Assembly (NCBI GenBank): GCA_964016885.1
Contig: OZ024743.1
Coordinates: 20,894,001 to 20,958,000, forward strand
Direction: 5' to 3'
Length of the DNA stretch: 64,000 nt
Source: Eledone cirrhosa
Taxonomy: Eukaryota
The position numbers and the translations under genes are program-made. The notes below the pieces were generated by a model. That model searched no databases and was not told where the DNA came from. It saw nothing but the letters and a program-made list of their open reading frames with translations. Of this stretch, positions 36,581-51,689 are shown piece after piece. Position 1 is the stretch's first letter. Every line of letters starts with the position of its first letter.

Positions 36581-38836
36581 TTAATAATAGTTTCTGAGAT
36601 AGGTGCAAATTAACAAATGTCTAGGGAGAAGGTAGAATCAATAAATAGTACTTGACTGGTATGTATTTTAATAATTCCAAGATAATCAAACATTGGCAAG
36701 ATTTAAACTCAGAATGTCGAATTAAAAAAGAATCATTGAAATGACTTTAGTTTGCCAAACCACTGTTTCTACCACTTCACCACCATACTTATGGTAATTA
36801 TTTTTCTTTAGGCACAACATTCTGATAAAGGGCTCTAAAGAATTGAATAAACCCCACCATTTAATTGTTACTATATTATTAATTCCTAAGAATAAATATA
36901 CAATGCAGACTTTTGCAGGATATAAAGAGAAAATCCTTAAAAACAACAAGGCATATTGTTTAGTACTCTACCATATCTGCCTCTTTTACATTCTAGTAAG
37001 TCATATGTAATCATAGACCAGTAATAAGGTAAATTAAATCTTGAAGTTTACTATCAGGATTAAATTTATGTTGCTTCACTGTTATAGCTTTATACATTAC
37101 AGCACATTTCCTTTTCATTGAATGAGATTTAGTTTCAATAGGTGGTTTTGCTGTTGCAATGACAAAAACCTCCAGTCTACATTGTAAGACAGCAGTGCTT
37201 GTGCTCCTATGAAAAACACCCAGTTCACCCTGTAAGATTGTAACACTAAAATGATTCCTTTACACACTGTAAAGGGTGTAGGAAGGGTATCCTGCCATAG
37301 AAATTGAGCCCAAAACAATCTAGCTTCAGCATGTGACATCTCTTCTAACCCATGCAAGCATGTAAAATAGACATTAAATGATGATGATGTATCTTCTCTG
37401 TGTCATAAAAACACACCCCAATACATTTCCTCTCCCTACCATCACTCTATTTTGTATAAACTCACTACCAAGTGAGCCTGGCGGAGCAGCACCTTACTCC
37501 CTACAGACAGAATGTTTACAGTTTCTTTCATCTTTTTGTATTTTTTTCTTATTAAAACAAATGGAATCTTGCTTGCAGTTTCAAGGCTGTCAGTTGGCAG
37601 TGCTTTTTAATATAGCAGAATTGAAAATGTTAAAAAAATGTTAATTATAACATTATAAACCATTTAAATTTAAGATAATTATTGTAAACAAACAATAATT
37701 ATTGTAATATTATCAAATTCTTTCTTACGTAGTTTTCTCTGCCTTATTTATTGATTTCAGTATTCTTACATGAAATTGCCTCAGAGAAACTTTATCATTT
37801 TAATCTAAAAGTGTGTAAATAGGAAATACAGTATATCAAAAATACAGTGAAATATCTTGGAATATTCCTTTCACTTTACAATTAATTTTTTACTGCATGA
37901 ATTTAAAGTTTTCTTCAAAATTTTATAATTTTTACTGAAATTTTAAAAATTTATTTTCCAGCAGCTGGAATCAACTTAGACTGCAACAAATCTTAACTGC
38001 ATTTACTCGTTAGACATAAATATAGATAGTTTGGAGGAACTGATAATATAACATTAATTTAAAGCTGATGTAAATATTGTCATAGTATAGAATTTGTTGC
38101 TGTCTTTTGTAATTTATGGTAATTGACAAGATATTTGTGTCTATAAATTACAGGGTATTTGTAAAGTCACTCTGCTGTTACATATATACCACAGCTCCAG
38201 TACTATGGGCATGTGGTTAGAATGTCTCAGGAAAGAATCACTGCAAAATTACGGGAAAAACCAACCAGATGGGACCCAGAAGTAGACTGAGCAAGATGGT
38301 TGGATAACATGGTCATGGTTGGGGATCCAGCCGGATCAGTTGGAGACAGTTGTTTCTGACAGCACCAGCTGGAAAGAGTATTGATTCTGCACTCACGACC
38401 CTCTCAGGAATAAGTGAGTGAAGAAGAAGATATATATATATAAATGTGGTTGGTGTTAGAATGAGCATCTTGCAGTAAAAATCTCAGCTAAAATCAGTTC
38501 CATTTTAGGCGCAGCTAACTGGCCAGACTTGTATCATCACATGCAAGCATGGAAAATAGGTGTTAAACAATGATGATGATATATATATATATACATGATG
38601 GTGATTCAAGAAAAAGCACCCAGTCCACACTGTTAGATGGTCATGCTGGTGACATGACAAAGAGTGCAGAGTCCACACTGTAATGTGGTTGGTGTTAGGA
38701 AAGGCATCCAGCCATAGAGACCAAGCTAAACTACAGATCCATACAGTCTCCAGACCTGACTTGTCTCATGATGTGACAACCCATCTAACCCATGCAAACG
38801 TGGAAAATAGATGTTAAATGATGATGATGATATATA

Positions 38837-38867
<31 letters not shown>

Positions 38868-39214
38868 TTCATTTTCATTTCATTTCATTTTTTACGTCCG
38901 CTTTTTCCCTGCTTGCAAGGGTGAGACGGGAACTGATTCTGGCTTGATTTCTACAGCTGCATGCTCTTCCTAACACCAACCTCATTTACAGTGAGTGCTG
39001 GGTGCTGTTTTGCCGTGGCACCTCCACGACCACTTTGCAGTGGAATGAGATGTACCCCAGTCCCTATCATCTCATTTCTACAGCTGAGTAAACTGGAGCA
39101 ATGTGAAATAAAGTGTCTTGCTGAAGGAAACAACACATCACCCGGTCTGAGAATTGAACTCACAACCTTTCCATTGCAAGGCCAATGCTCTAACCACTAA
39201 GCCATGTGCCTCCA
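38868..39214 (-). mobile_element. Full-length tRNA-derived SINE with RTE-derived 3' tail
   Basis: Pol III boxes at the head. The tail ggttggtgttaggaag.gcat.cagctgtagaaa...tgcaagc..ggaaaa.cggacgtaaaa matches the RTE 3' UTR (7536-7670). Ends in (GAAAT)n. Confidence 0.88.
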
Positions 39215-39218
39215 TACA

Positions 39219-40434
39219 TAAGGTTTATCCCCAAAATAATGGTACTGATGTTTTATTTAAAGTACATTAAATGTAATTAAATTACAAGTTCTCTCCTTCA
39301 AAATATGACCCTTAGGAAGTCACATAGTGGTTCCAACATTTTTTCCATTGATCATAACAGTACCAAAATTCATTTTCTGTGTTGTTAGCTCATCAGTTAC
39401 AATTTTTTGTATGTTTTCCACAATCCCAAAATGATGACCCTTCAACTTTGATTTCAAATTAGAGAAAAGATATAAATCACACGGAGCTAGATCTGGGCTG
39501 TAGGGAAGATGTGGAAGAGTGGGAATGTTTTCTTTCACCAGAAATTCTCTAATTGAAAGTGCTGTGTGAGTAGACGCATTATCGTGGTGCAGTACCCAAT
39601 CTCCTACAATGTATTTTTTGATTCGCTGGACACATTTTCGAAGTCCTTCCAAGATATCTTTTGAGAACATGGCTGTTGAAAAAAATAATAATCTGTTCAT
39701 GCAAGCTTTCGGACAGGAAGAATTTTTCATGTCATTTCTCACTTTGCCATTTTGTCTCTGGATCATACTCAAATACTTATATTTCATATCTTGTTGTTAC
39801 TTTATCAAAGAAATTTGGCTCAGTTTTGAGGCTTTCAAGCTAATCCAGACAAATTTCAAACCATTTCAATTTTTACTTCACAGACAAGAGTTTGGTCACT
39901 AATTTTGCACAAATTTTTTACATTTGGTCAGTTAAAATTCTGTGAACTTTTCATCCATGCCTATTTCTTCTGCAATAATCCTAACACTTTATTGGTGATC
40001 TTTTGCCATCACCGCTCATATCACTTCCATATTTTGATTATTTGTTAACAAGATTGGCCTTCCAGAACAAGGTTTGTGTTCAACATTTTCTAGATTTTTT
40101 TCTTTGAAAGCTTGTGCCACTTAAAAATGATACTTCACAACAGAGTGGCATTACCATAAGCTTGTGTTAAAGAATTAAATATATTTGGTGGCAGATTTGT
40201 TGAGTTTCACACAAAATTTGATTGTATATCATTGTTTGATCTTTTCTTGCATCGCAAACATAAGGATTTATCAACATGTCTATATATAAACAGCTCACGG
40301 CTGACTCAGTCGATCATTTTGAAACAAGTATGTACATGCAGCCAATGTTGTAACCAACATGTCTATATAAATCAAGGTGCTGCTTTGCCATGTACATAGG
40401 AAAATCAATACCCTTACTTTTGGGACAAACCTCA
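39219..40434 (-). mobile_element. Decayed near-full-length mariner (DD34D) transposon
   Basis: Imperfect TIRs taaggtttatccccaaaataatggtactgat / atcaatacccttacttttgggacaaacctca; WVLHHDNASTH and PYSPDLAPCDLYLF motifs in ORF 39320-39787. Confidence 0.92.
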
Positions 40435-40444
40435 TATATGTGTG

Positions 40445-40825
<381 letters not shown>

Positions 40826-43800
40826 GCACCTCAGCAAAACTACTGACAAGCAAACAGCATACCAACTACATTGGTATGGGTCAGTGATGCACATGGAGAA
40901 TTATTACTGGGTGAAGAAGTGCCAGGAAATACCAGTGGAAGGAAACTAAACAAGGAAAGACCTGGGCAGAGGTTGTGAGAGCTGACCTCAAATAACAGAG
41001 TCTCATAGAGGAGATGAGTGGACAGATGCCATGCTGAGAAGGACATAAAAATGATGATGATGTATATATATATAGGGATGTATATGAAAGCATATACTAT
41101 ATATTTATGTATAATAAACATACAAGAGCTGTTCTATGAATCTAACAAAAATATATATATATTCATACTTTGATAGACCTTGGCCACTATTGGTCTAGGC
41201 CATGTCTAACAAATTAGCACCACCTGGCGAAGTCTTTCCGATCATGTTTCACACCTCAGTTTTAGAGACCAAGGTCCATTCCAATAAAGTGTTATTGTTG
41301 CTGGAATCCTGTCTGAGTATAAGGGTTTTATCTGGAATTTCTCGAAGGAATTGTCCAGGGGTCTTTTGACTTTTATGGGATCTTTTTCTGTTTTGATGTT
41401 TGTTGGTATGTTATTAAAACAAAGAGGACCAATACACACACACACGCACACATATATACCAGGCAACTCATCTAACCCATGCTAGCATGGAAAAATGGAG
41501 AATAAATGATGATGATGATGACAATATATATATGTGTGCATGTGTATGTATAAACAACAGGTTTCAACAGTTTCCATCTACAAAATTCCACTCTAAAAGC
41601 ATTGGTTTACCCATTGTTATAATAGAAGATATTTGCCTAAAGCACCACACAGCAAGATTGAACCCATAAATACACAGTTGTAAAGTGACTGTCTCTTCTT
41701 ATTCATAAAATTTATTTTTAAAAAGTTCTATATATATACTAGAGAACTGTTCCAATAATTTCAGTGTGATTTTATTTAGTATTTTATAGTTTATTTTCTT
41801 ATCCATTATTATTAACTATCATCCAATGCAATATGTATATTACTTATATGTAATCACTATTTCTCATTGGTGCTTTAACATGCAAATTTGTATTTGATAT
41901 TCATATAACATCGACATACATTTTAGTTATATCTTAAATAGATTAAAGAGCTTTATCAATTTCAGACAGATTTTAACTATATATAATTTCTTTTATTTTG
42001 CATTGTCAGGTATATTGTAAAACATTTTTGCCTGTCATTGTAGCCAATAGACACAGTTAAATTACTTAGTATATTTTCAGTTCTTTATTTCTCAGTTGCA
42101 TTCATATGAGAATATTTTCTAAGAATACAGCTTTAGAATAATACTTGCATTTTGTATAGTGAACTGGTTGACTCAGAATAAGTTCACCTTTATATCCTAA
42201 AGGTTTCTGATTATATTAGAAACAGCATTAAATCTTTTGTTTGTGTCATAAGCAAAACATTTTTTTATCTTTGCTCTAACAATAGTCATTTACAATTCTT
42301 GATATCATTTTTTTTATGTATTCCATAGTTTATAAGGGTTTTCATCTTAGTGTGTTTCTTTATCATGTTAAAATTATGAGGAGTCTTCAGATGGTACTTC
42401 TAGATTTGTATAGTATATCAATTGAAGATATTAGTTTTGCCCAAATAAATCATTATAAAACCAAAGAAACTTTATTACTTCTGTCCAAAATTGACAGCGA
42501 CTAATAATAACTTTTGCTAAGCAACTTGGAAAATGGTAGGAAAAATCTCAGAAATACAAAGATATTTTGATGCTCAAAGATATATTGGGATTTTATGAAT
42601 CCATAATTTATATCCATAGTTATAAGACTGCACAACTTGTGTAATCATAAAAATATTTAGTTAGCTTAATATTTCATTCTTTTTCTGACATCCACAAATC
42701 AATGAATTTGGAGAAGAGAAAGGCATCTTTTTATAACACATTTTTTTTTTCTCTCTGGAACATTGACCTGGAACTCTGACCTAGAATTTTTTCTATTCAG
42801 ATATAAAACAAAAAATCAACAGACAATCTACAATTCTGTAATATTCAGAGAGACATATTTGCAAAGTGTTATTTGTCTGCAGTAAAACAAGCTTTACGTC
42901 ATATGATATTGTAAAGATATTGTAAAAGATAAAATAAACAGTAATATTTATAATAAATATATTGATAATCATTTCACAAAATAAAAATCAATTTATTCAC
43001 AATATAAAGACTCCTAACCTCCAAGAAGAATTGTTAATTAAGCTACTTTTGAAAAATGCTGATTTTCAGAACTAATATTTCAATGAGATCCTCTAAACTA
43101 AATTGTTAGACAAGTTCATAGTTGATTCATCATTTCATTTGGATATTTGTATGATATTCACTATTGTTGTTGTGTAGCTCCAGACCAGCTGAGATCAAGC
43201 TGCCTTATGGTATGTCAGTAGTTGGCCAAACAACTAGTCATTAGCCACAAGTTTGTTGTTCTAGTTATATCATGTCGCTGTCAGAAAGATGTACTATACA
43301 CTCCAAGATGCAGTAATGACTCATGTAGAATGCACTATGACAGTCTAGATATGTGAACTCTTTATTGCACAGTTTGTGTTGGTACATCTGCAGTTATTTA
43401 GACCCCACCCCACCTCAAGGCTAGTTCTTAATGGAGAAAAACTATTATCAAAGGTATTCCAACCATGACCCTTCCATATTAATTTATAATACGGACTACA
43501 TTGTTTAATGTAACCTTCTCTTTTTGGTGGACATGACAGAGACATGAGGATCTGTCAGAGTGCAATAGTTTCTGTTCTTATGCATTTGCTATATGTGTAT
43601 CTTTTGTAGTGTTTAGTTGATAAGGTATTGTATCAAACAGAAAAACTAATATTGTGGATTCATATCTAACACTGAAATGTTGTATTACTGGCAGCAAAGC
43701 ACAACTATGTATGCTTCAATGGACCTGAATGTTGAAAATAGATAGAGCATTTCTGGAAATAATATATTATCTAAATGGAGATTGTTGTTGCTTAACTTAA

Positions 43801-43971
43801 GATCAAGGATATTTTAGCTTGTACCATCCTATCTTTTATTTAGACATAGTATATTTAAGTCTATATTATCTATTGTTCTTTTTTTTTTAAAGATGTTGAG
43901 ATAGGAAAGTGGTTTAGTTGTTATTTCTAACAGAAAGATTCTATTTAATGCTGCAAGTTATTACCACCATA

Positions 43972-43984
<13 letters not shown>

Positions 43985-44004
<20 letters not shown>

Positions 44005-44430
44005 CTTTGACATTCGCTTTTCTATGGTTGTATGGGTTGAATGGGTCTTTTCTAGCACAACATCCCTCCACTTATTGCAGTTCTTCGCTATCCCCTCATC
44101 ATCCATATGCATCACATGTCTATACCAGTGCAGTCCTCTCTCCTGCTCACTACATTAAATTTTCTTATACTCAGTTTTTCTCTCAGTTCATTGTTCACAC
44201 ATGTTAACATTGTACATCTATTCAAGTATGCTTGCCTCATTTCACTCCAGCCTTTTCCTGTCCTCTGCTTCCACTCTGCATGTCTCACTACCATGCAACA
44301 TTGCCCATTGCTCACAGGCATCACACAGCTGACCTTTTAGCTCTTAGTGAAACACCTTCTGTTGTCAACAGCTTTTTTCATCCTGTTCTTATTCTAGCAA
44401 CTATGCTCTCAGGGCAATCTCATCCACTGC
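43985..44430 (-). mobile_element. Old RTE-type LINE 3' fragment
   Basis: Minus peptides NELREKLSIRKF..REDCTGIDM, (CAT)n tail at ~43985-44003. Similar old fragments lie at ~40860-41060 (+) and ~58620-58990 (-). Confidence 0.55.
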
Positions 44431-46115
44431 TACTTAGATCATTTTCAGCCCCTAGAACCATGGAAATGTGGACATCAATCCTTCCTAGAATTTGAAAAAG
44501 TTTATTTCACTGATGCTCTTACTAGCAACTATTGCTGTACATCTGCTACACTAAACACTATCTTTCTCTTTTCTCCTATGACTTGTACACACAGTTGTCT
44601 AGAATTGAGATCAGAAAACAACTATATATGTAATCATTGTAATGGAAACATTATACATAAATGAAATTATTTCCAATTCATCCATTTTAAGAATGAAATG
44701 AGCTCAAATTAATTTATATCAGGCTAAATACTGGACTTCTAAAGTGTATCATTGTTACAAACAAGCTCTATTCTGTCATAATTCGATTTTCTGGACTGTT
44801 AATCTCATCTGGCAAAGTAGTTAAGAACTTTGAAATACTGTATTCAAAACAAAGGTTCTAATTTTAAACCCTGTCCATGGAAATGTTTATGTAGGAATAG
44901 GGTATCTAAAGATGATCAAGTATTAGACTAATTGAAACACTGTATGAAGCATAAAAAGGAGAAAAATGTGATTAATAGTTTGGAAAATTGAAATTATTAT
45001 CACAATAATTTATATCAAAAATTGTTATCTCTGTTCTATAGTGTAGTCAACAATTACCAAATATTATGGTCTTTCAAAGTTTGTCATTTTGTATAGAAAT
45101 CATGGCTTCTGGACAGCTAGAAAACTATTTGATAAATTATAAATGTTTGATATGGTGTATCCTCTTCTCCTTCATAGTTATACTTGATGAAAATATTAAA
45201 GAAATAAAAATATGAAATAATAGTTGCAACAGTAAAAATCAAAATTCCACATTCCAAAAATCTGAAATAAATACTATAATACCTAAGTTACCGGATCTGA
45301 GATTATATCAGACTTGTCAACTCTCCCCGTGGGAGATCTCCCACCCACTTTAGGGTGGGTGAGAGATGTCGTCTCTTGTGAAAATGGGTATAGCTTTTAT
45401 TATGTAAAATCTTCCCATTTTGCCTCATTTCTCCTCGTTTTGGGGCACTGTCTTTCATGGTACTCCCTGTTTGGGTTTTTAGAGGTTGGCAGGTCTGTTA
45501 TAGTGAATTATATTTATGTATTATCAGAAATATGATTTGCATATAGAGGGTTGCTGTTGCATGATATGCAAAATAGTATAGTCCCCACCCACCCCACCAA
45601 AAAGAAGTGTATTCTCCTTATCTCGAATGTATTATTGCCATAAGGTCTCGAATCAGTGTTTTCTCCAGTCATATTTAGGTGAAACTCCTGAGTTAGACAA
45701 CAGAATGGATATCTCAGATGAAGATAATAGTCTGAAAACAAACATTAGTATAAATTAAACTCATAAAAATACAAAGACAGACAGGTTTGTCAGTTCCCAC
45801 TAACCTTACAGAACTTTTGATACATGTCAGCTTTTGACTTCATGCAAAAATTATGCTTAGCTTATAAATGGCTAAAATAATTTGCATATATAAGATAGTT
45901 TGACAACTGTTAAATATTCTTTTTACAATAAATACATAAAAACAAGAATATTCAGCATACTAAAGTTTATTCTTTTATTATTTGATTGATTTCAGTCATT
46001 GAACTATGGTCATGTTGGGGTAATGCATTCAAGGGTTTTGTCAATCATAGCACCCCCCAGTAATCATTTTCGACTGCTAGTTTCAATCCTTGCTAGCAGA
46101 TAAAATAGATGTTAA

Positions 46116-46328
46116 CCCTTCAGCATTTAAAACGGCCATATACAACCAAAATTCTTTCACCTTTTTCTGTTCAAACCAGCGATAACTGGCTGTTCATACT
46201 GGCATTGTTCTCAAAATAAATAACATCAAAATCTCATAGCTTTGATATTATATGAGATAATTATGTAAGATAAAGCCTTTACCACAAAAATACAATAGTA
46301 TGTATAGAGTAATGTAAATGGTAAAGGG
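46116..46328 (+). mobile_element. piggyBac-type MITE
   Basis: TTAA|CCCTTcagcattta ... taaatggtaAAGGG|TTAA. Confidence 0.8.
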
Positions 46329-46984
46329 TTAAATGATGATGATGATGGTACATATTTTATCAATCTATATTTCATTAGAATAAGTTATGGAACATAATAG
46401 GTCAAAGCATAAATACAACATAAACATAGGCATGGACACACACACACACATACATGACACACACACACACATACATGCTTTTCACCAACCAAACTACATT
46501 CACAAGGTGTTGTACAATCTGATGCAACAGTAGAAGACAATGAAGGTGCTGCACAGTTGGGTCAAAACAAAGACCACATGATTACAAAGCAATCTTCTTA
46601 GCCACACTGATATTCCTGTATGTACACACATACCACACACACATGTATGCACATACTCATGTACACACTCACACCTTAAATAGTCTTCATGTGGAATAGA
46701 TTTAGAAGATATACATTGAATTGCACTACCTATATATGTGCAACAACAAAATGTATATCTATTACTATTACCTCTAATAATTATATATATATATATTTAT
46801 ATAGTTTATGTAATGAAATGAAAATTCAACATCCCCATCCATATTATTAGATATTATATGTATATAATCCCACCGAGGTTAACTTTGCCTTTCATCCTTA
46901 TGGGGTCGATAAAATAAAGTACCAGTAATGTACTGGGTAATTGCTGGCCTTGTGCCAAAAGTAGAAACAATTATATGTATATAT

Positions 46985-47160
46985 ATACATAAATGACTTC
47001 TACGTGACTAGAACCATTTCATTTGTCTTGAAAACATCATGAATTCCTGATTATTTCATATGAATGAAACAGTTCTAGTCCTGTAGAAATCATTTGTATA
47101 TATAATAAATATGCTTCTTTGTTACTAATGTATTGAGTACCTTATTTAACTGCATTTCTT
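46985..47160 (+). repeat. Degenerate hairpin element (arms ~46985-47035 and ~47050-47099) with gtattgagtac tail
   Basis: aaatgacttctac.tgactagaac / gttctagtc.tgtagaaatcattt; tail motif shared with hairpin copies A-C. Confidence 0.55.
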
Positions 47161-47442
47161 TTCAATCTTCTTCAGAAAACTATCCGTAATCATATACACA
47201 CACAAACACGAACAGTTACCAGATTGAGCATGAAATCTCGTTCCACAAAAACGGGTGTGCACATACACACAAACACATTGTATAAAATAACTCCTCTAAA
47301 GAATACTTTGATAACACAGACACACACACACATCGAATAAAATAACTCCACTAAACAGTAGTGTAATAACACACAGATACACACAAATGCATACACACAT
47401 TGTATAGTATGATTCTTCTAAATAATACACACACACACACAT

Positions 47443-47553
47443 ATCATCATCATCATCATCATCATCGTTTAACATCCATCTTCCACGCTTGCATGGGTTT
47501 GGACGGGAGTTTTCCCACTTGAGGCAAGATTGGTTGTCCTGCTCGTATAGGGT

Positions 47554-47608
<55 letters not shown>

Positions 47609-47641
47609 TCATATATATATATACATTCATATATATATACA

Positions 47642-47681
<40 letters not shown>

Positions 47682-48247
47682 ACGTTTAACGTCCGTGTTC
47701 CACGCTTGCATGGGTTTGGACGGGGGTAGTCCCACTTGAGGCAAGAGTGATTGTCTTGCTCGCATAGGACTGTCTGGCAGGTTTTCTACAGTTGGATGCC
47801 CTTCCTAACACCAACCACATTTACAGTGTGGGTCTGGGAGGTTTTTACCGTGTTGCCTACACGGCCACATTACAGCGTGGACTGTGTGTTTTTTTTGTCG
47901 TGACACCTACACGATCTCATTTGTTTCGGCCTCGATGGCGCGGCACCAACATAACTTTACATAGAACGGGGTGGTGGTGGGACGGGGTGTATTTTGTTAG
48001 AGATGCCTACTGGCTGGAGTAGGTTTTACTATATATTTAGGTAAGGCGGGTCTTCTCTGTTACTGAGTACCGCCAAAGGTCTCGGTCCAGTGACATTGTC
48101 TTGGAGAGGTGTAAGTGTGTGATGTCGGAGTTTATCAGCTCGTCCCAGGTTTTTCTAGGTCTGCCTATTCCGTGACTACCGTCTATCTTTATTGCCCTGC
48201 ACTTTGTTATACAGCTATCGACTTTCATGCGCATCACGTGTCCATAC
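47443..48247 (-). mobile_element. RTE LINE 3' fragment (47644-48247) plus an extra 3' tail copy (47443-47550)
   Basis: YGHVMRMKVDSC...EKTRLT* and a 3' UTR closely matching 7080-7700; (CAT)n tails. Confidence 0.92.
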
Positions 48248-48439
48248 TTATATATATTCATATATATATATATAGATAGATAAATATACACGGGTGTGTA
48301 TGATTGTGTATAGAAGATTATATTAATAAAAGGAATTCCAACTTTGTCTGATTTACTCGTTTTATTTACAATCCTTTAAAATTTATAATGGTATTATAAT
48401 GAAATAGTATGATAGAATATTAAATGTTAAGTGTTAATT

Positions 48440-48476
48440 GAACAAGTACTTTCATGCTTTCGCAATCTTCAGATTC
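48440..48476 (-). ncRNA. Minimal type I hammerhead ribozyme
   Basis: Minus: GAAU-CUGAAGA-U-UGC(GAAA)GCA-U-GAAA-GUAC-UU-GUUC. GNRA-capped stem II, palindromic stem III (AGUACU), stem I GAAU/GUUC. Confidence 0.82.
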
Positions 48477-48662
48477 ATAATGTGTGGTGACAGTCAAGTT
48501 TGCAATTTTCAACTGTACATTCATATATATATATATGATATATATATATAGTGATAGAACACTGGAAGGTAATATATATGATATTATATATATATAGTGG
48601 TAGAACACTGGAAGGTAATATCCGTAGTGGTAGAGCACTCAGTCCATGGGACAAGTTAGGTG

Positions 48663-48851
48663 GAAGTGGTTACACAACAGTTAGTTCACCATACCGAGAA
48701 CAATTGTTTCACCTTAGCGGATCCTCAGCTCGTAATGGACATTGTTATATGGAACAGCATATGGTTCCGTATAACAATGTCCATTACGAGCTGAGGGTCC
48801 GCTAAGGTGAAATAATTGTTCTCGGTATGGTGAACTAACTGATGTGTAACC

Positions 48852-48887
<36 letters not shown>

Positions 48888-48951
48888 GTGGTTTCACATC
48901 AGTTAGTTCACCATACCGAGAACAATTATTTCACCTTAGCGGACCCTCAGC
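48663..48951. repeat. 93 bp-arm hairpin (48663-48755 / 48764-48856) plus a third partial arm (48885-48951)
   Basis: gaagtggttacac...tatatggaac (agcatatg) gttccgtata...gtgtaaccatttc; TA repeats adjacent. Confidence 0.9.
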
Positions 48952-49520
48952 AATATATATTTATTAAAATAACAGATTAAAGTTTAAGCAAAGAACCGCT
49001 GCTTTCACCCTTAACGGGATCTTCTAAAGTTAACAAAGTCAATCTGTGAACGCAGAAGTGAATATTTCAAAAAATGTTGCAACCGGAGGAAGACAGGAAG
49101 ACGATACTTTGGTTCGTGGAAACTTTCCCTGGCAAAGAACAGGAAAAAAACGAATATAATACGTCATTATTTGGAGCGGTGAAAAACAATTACACGCAAA
49201 GACAAAACCACGTTTTTGGTATAAAAGAAGTCGTAGACTAATATTCTATTAGGTGGTACATAGAGACGTTCTCTGGCAATGAACGGAAAAAATGAAGATA
49301 ATACGTCATACGTGGAGCGTGGAGAACAATTGCACGCAAAGACAAAACCACGTAAATGGTATAACTGAAGTCGTAGACTAAAATTCAAACTAGGAAACCG
49401 AATGATTCTTGGCTTCAGAGTTAAGAATAAAGTAAATAAAATACAGAGGCAATTGAAATTAAATAAATACATACATGCATCCATATAGTACATACACAAG
49501 CATACGCGAAAACACTCGCC

Positions 49521-49853
49521 ATCATCATATCATCATCATCATCATTTTACGTCCGGTTTTCCCTGCTTGCAAGGGTGGGACGGGAACTGATTCTGGCTTG
49601 ATTTCTACAGCTGGATGCCCTTCCTAACACCAACCTCATTTACAGTGAGTGCTGGGTGCTTTTTTTGCCGTGGCACCTCCACGACCACTTTGCAGTGGAA
49701 TGATAGCGACCCCTGTCCCTATCATCTCATTTCTACAGCTGAGTAAACTGGAGCAATGTGAAATAAAGTGTCTTGCTCAAGGAAACAACACATCACCCGG
49801 TCTGAGAATTGAACTCACAATCTTTCGATTGCAAGGCTAATGCTCTAACCACT
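49521..49853 (-). mobile_element. tRNA-derived SINE inserted into the left PLE arm only
   Basis: Matches 38890-39200, (GAT)n tail. The empty site gtatacctatggcgag is seen in the right arm (~52054-52069). Confidence 0.92.
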
Positions 49854-51047
49854 AGGTATACAAATACACGCACATATAAATGTGTGTGTGTGTGCGTGTG
49901 CATAAATAATTAAATAAACGTATATAAATAAATAAATACGTATATAACAAGCGCACACACATACCTACATGTAAATACACATGTTCGGAGACGCACGTCA
50001 ACCAAGACACGAAGTACACATATACACACACCCTACATACGTATGAACTCGCATACTCACATAGTCGCAAAACTCACGTATACACATAACCAAAACATAT
50101 GTACCAGAATATATAAAATATACGCCATAACATATACAATCAAATATACGTACGAGAAAGTATACGTACCTTCACAAAACATACAGGTAATATATACTTA
50201 CCTATACAAATAAGTAATGGTATAAACAAAACATATACTTAGCTACCACATCAAGACGTAAAATATCCACGTATAGATCGTACTATCCGTTAGGGTATAA
50301 TGTGGGGCTGTAATACAGGAAAGTTTTGTGCAATTTATGTTTACAAGCCGAAATTGCCTCAGATTTTTTGTTTAAGATGTGGTCTGTGGCATAGACTATT
50401 TCCAGGGCCTCAGCGGCGCAGAGGTCACATGGTCTTTTATTTCCGTTATACGATCTAGCCCTAGCTAGGATCTCCCAGTGTAACTTATATTGGGTGTGGT
50501 TGTCTTTTAGACTCCAGATATAAGCTGAAAGTGACGTTATATTCCTTCTTAGAGGGGAACGAAAAGAATGGGTATGCATGTAAAGACGCTGCTTAAATCT
50601 ATTGGCGGTTAACCCTATGTAGGCCCTACGGGACGTGGGTGTTTCAACCTTACATTTGTAGACAATGTTACTAGAGAGGAATTTCCCGGATAGGGGGGCA
50701 GTCAACCCGATTCCTACAATTACAGTTAGTACTAACTACAGGGTTGCACGTGTTCCTACGGCTAGGTAGTTTAGCTAAATTTGAAGCTATGATGTTATGT
50801 GCAAGGTTAGGAGTCGTAGATTAAAAAATGTTAATAGTATTTCTATTAAAAATGTTACTATATTTATGTGTAGGGGGAAAATGCTTCGTAATAAGGGAGA
50901 GAAAGATCTTAGCTAATGGTGTGGCCCCCTCAATATTATATGGTGGGTTATACCATATAATGCGTCAGGATCTATTTCTTCTAGGTATATTCTCGTACTC
51001 TGTATATGGCAAGAGCTTCATTGTAATATGTGGAATGGTCGTTGGTT

Positions 51048-51689
51048 GCCACACCATTAGCTCAGATCTGTCTCTCCTTTATTACGAAGCATTTTCCCCC
51101 TACACATAAATATAGTAAAATTTTTAATAGAAATACTATTAAAATTTCTTACTCTATGACTCCTAACCTTACACATAACATCACAGCTTCTAATTTAGCT
51201 AAACTACCTATCTATAAGAACACGTGCAACCCTGTAGTTAGTACTAACTGTAATTGTAGGAATCAGGTTGACTGCCCCCTATCCGGGAAATGCCTCTCTA
51301 GTAACATTGTCTACAAATGTAAGGTTGTAACACCCACGTCCCGTAGGGCCTACATAGGGTTAACCGCCAATAGATTCAAGCAGCGTCTTTACATGCATAC
51401 CCATTGTTTTCGTTACCCTCTAAGAAGGAATATGACGTTACTTTCAGCTTATATCAGGAGTCTAAAAGACAACCACACCCAATATAAGTTACACTGGGAG
51501 ATCCTAGCTAGGGCTAGATCGTATAATGGAAATAAAAGACCATGTGACCTCTGCGCCGCTGAGGCCCTGGAAATAGTCTACGCCACAGACCACATCTTAA
51601 ACAAAAAATCTGAGGCAATTTCGGCTTGTAAACATAAATTGCACAAAACTTTCCTGTATTACAGCCCCACATTATACCCTAACGGATAG
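51048..51689 (+). pseudogene. PLE RT thumb end plus GIY-YIG endonuclease (5'-truncated)
   Basis: IVY..YIG, R, H, E and N residues of GIY-YIG with a Cys-rich linker. Confidence 0.88.
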
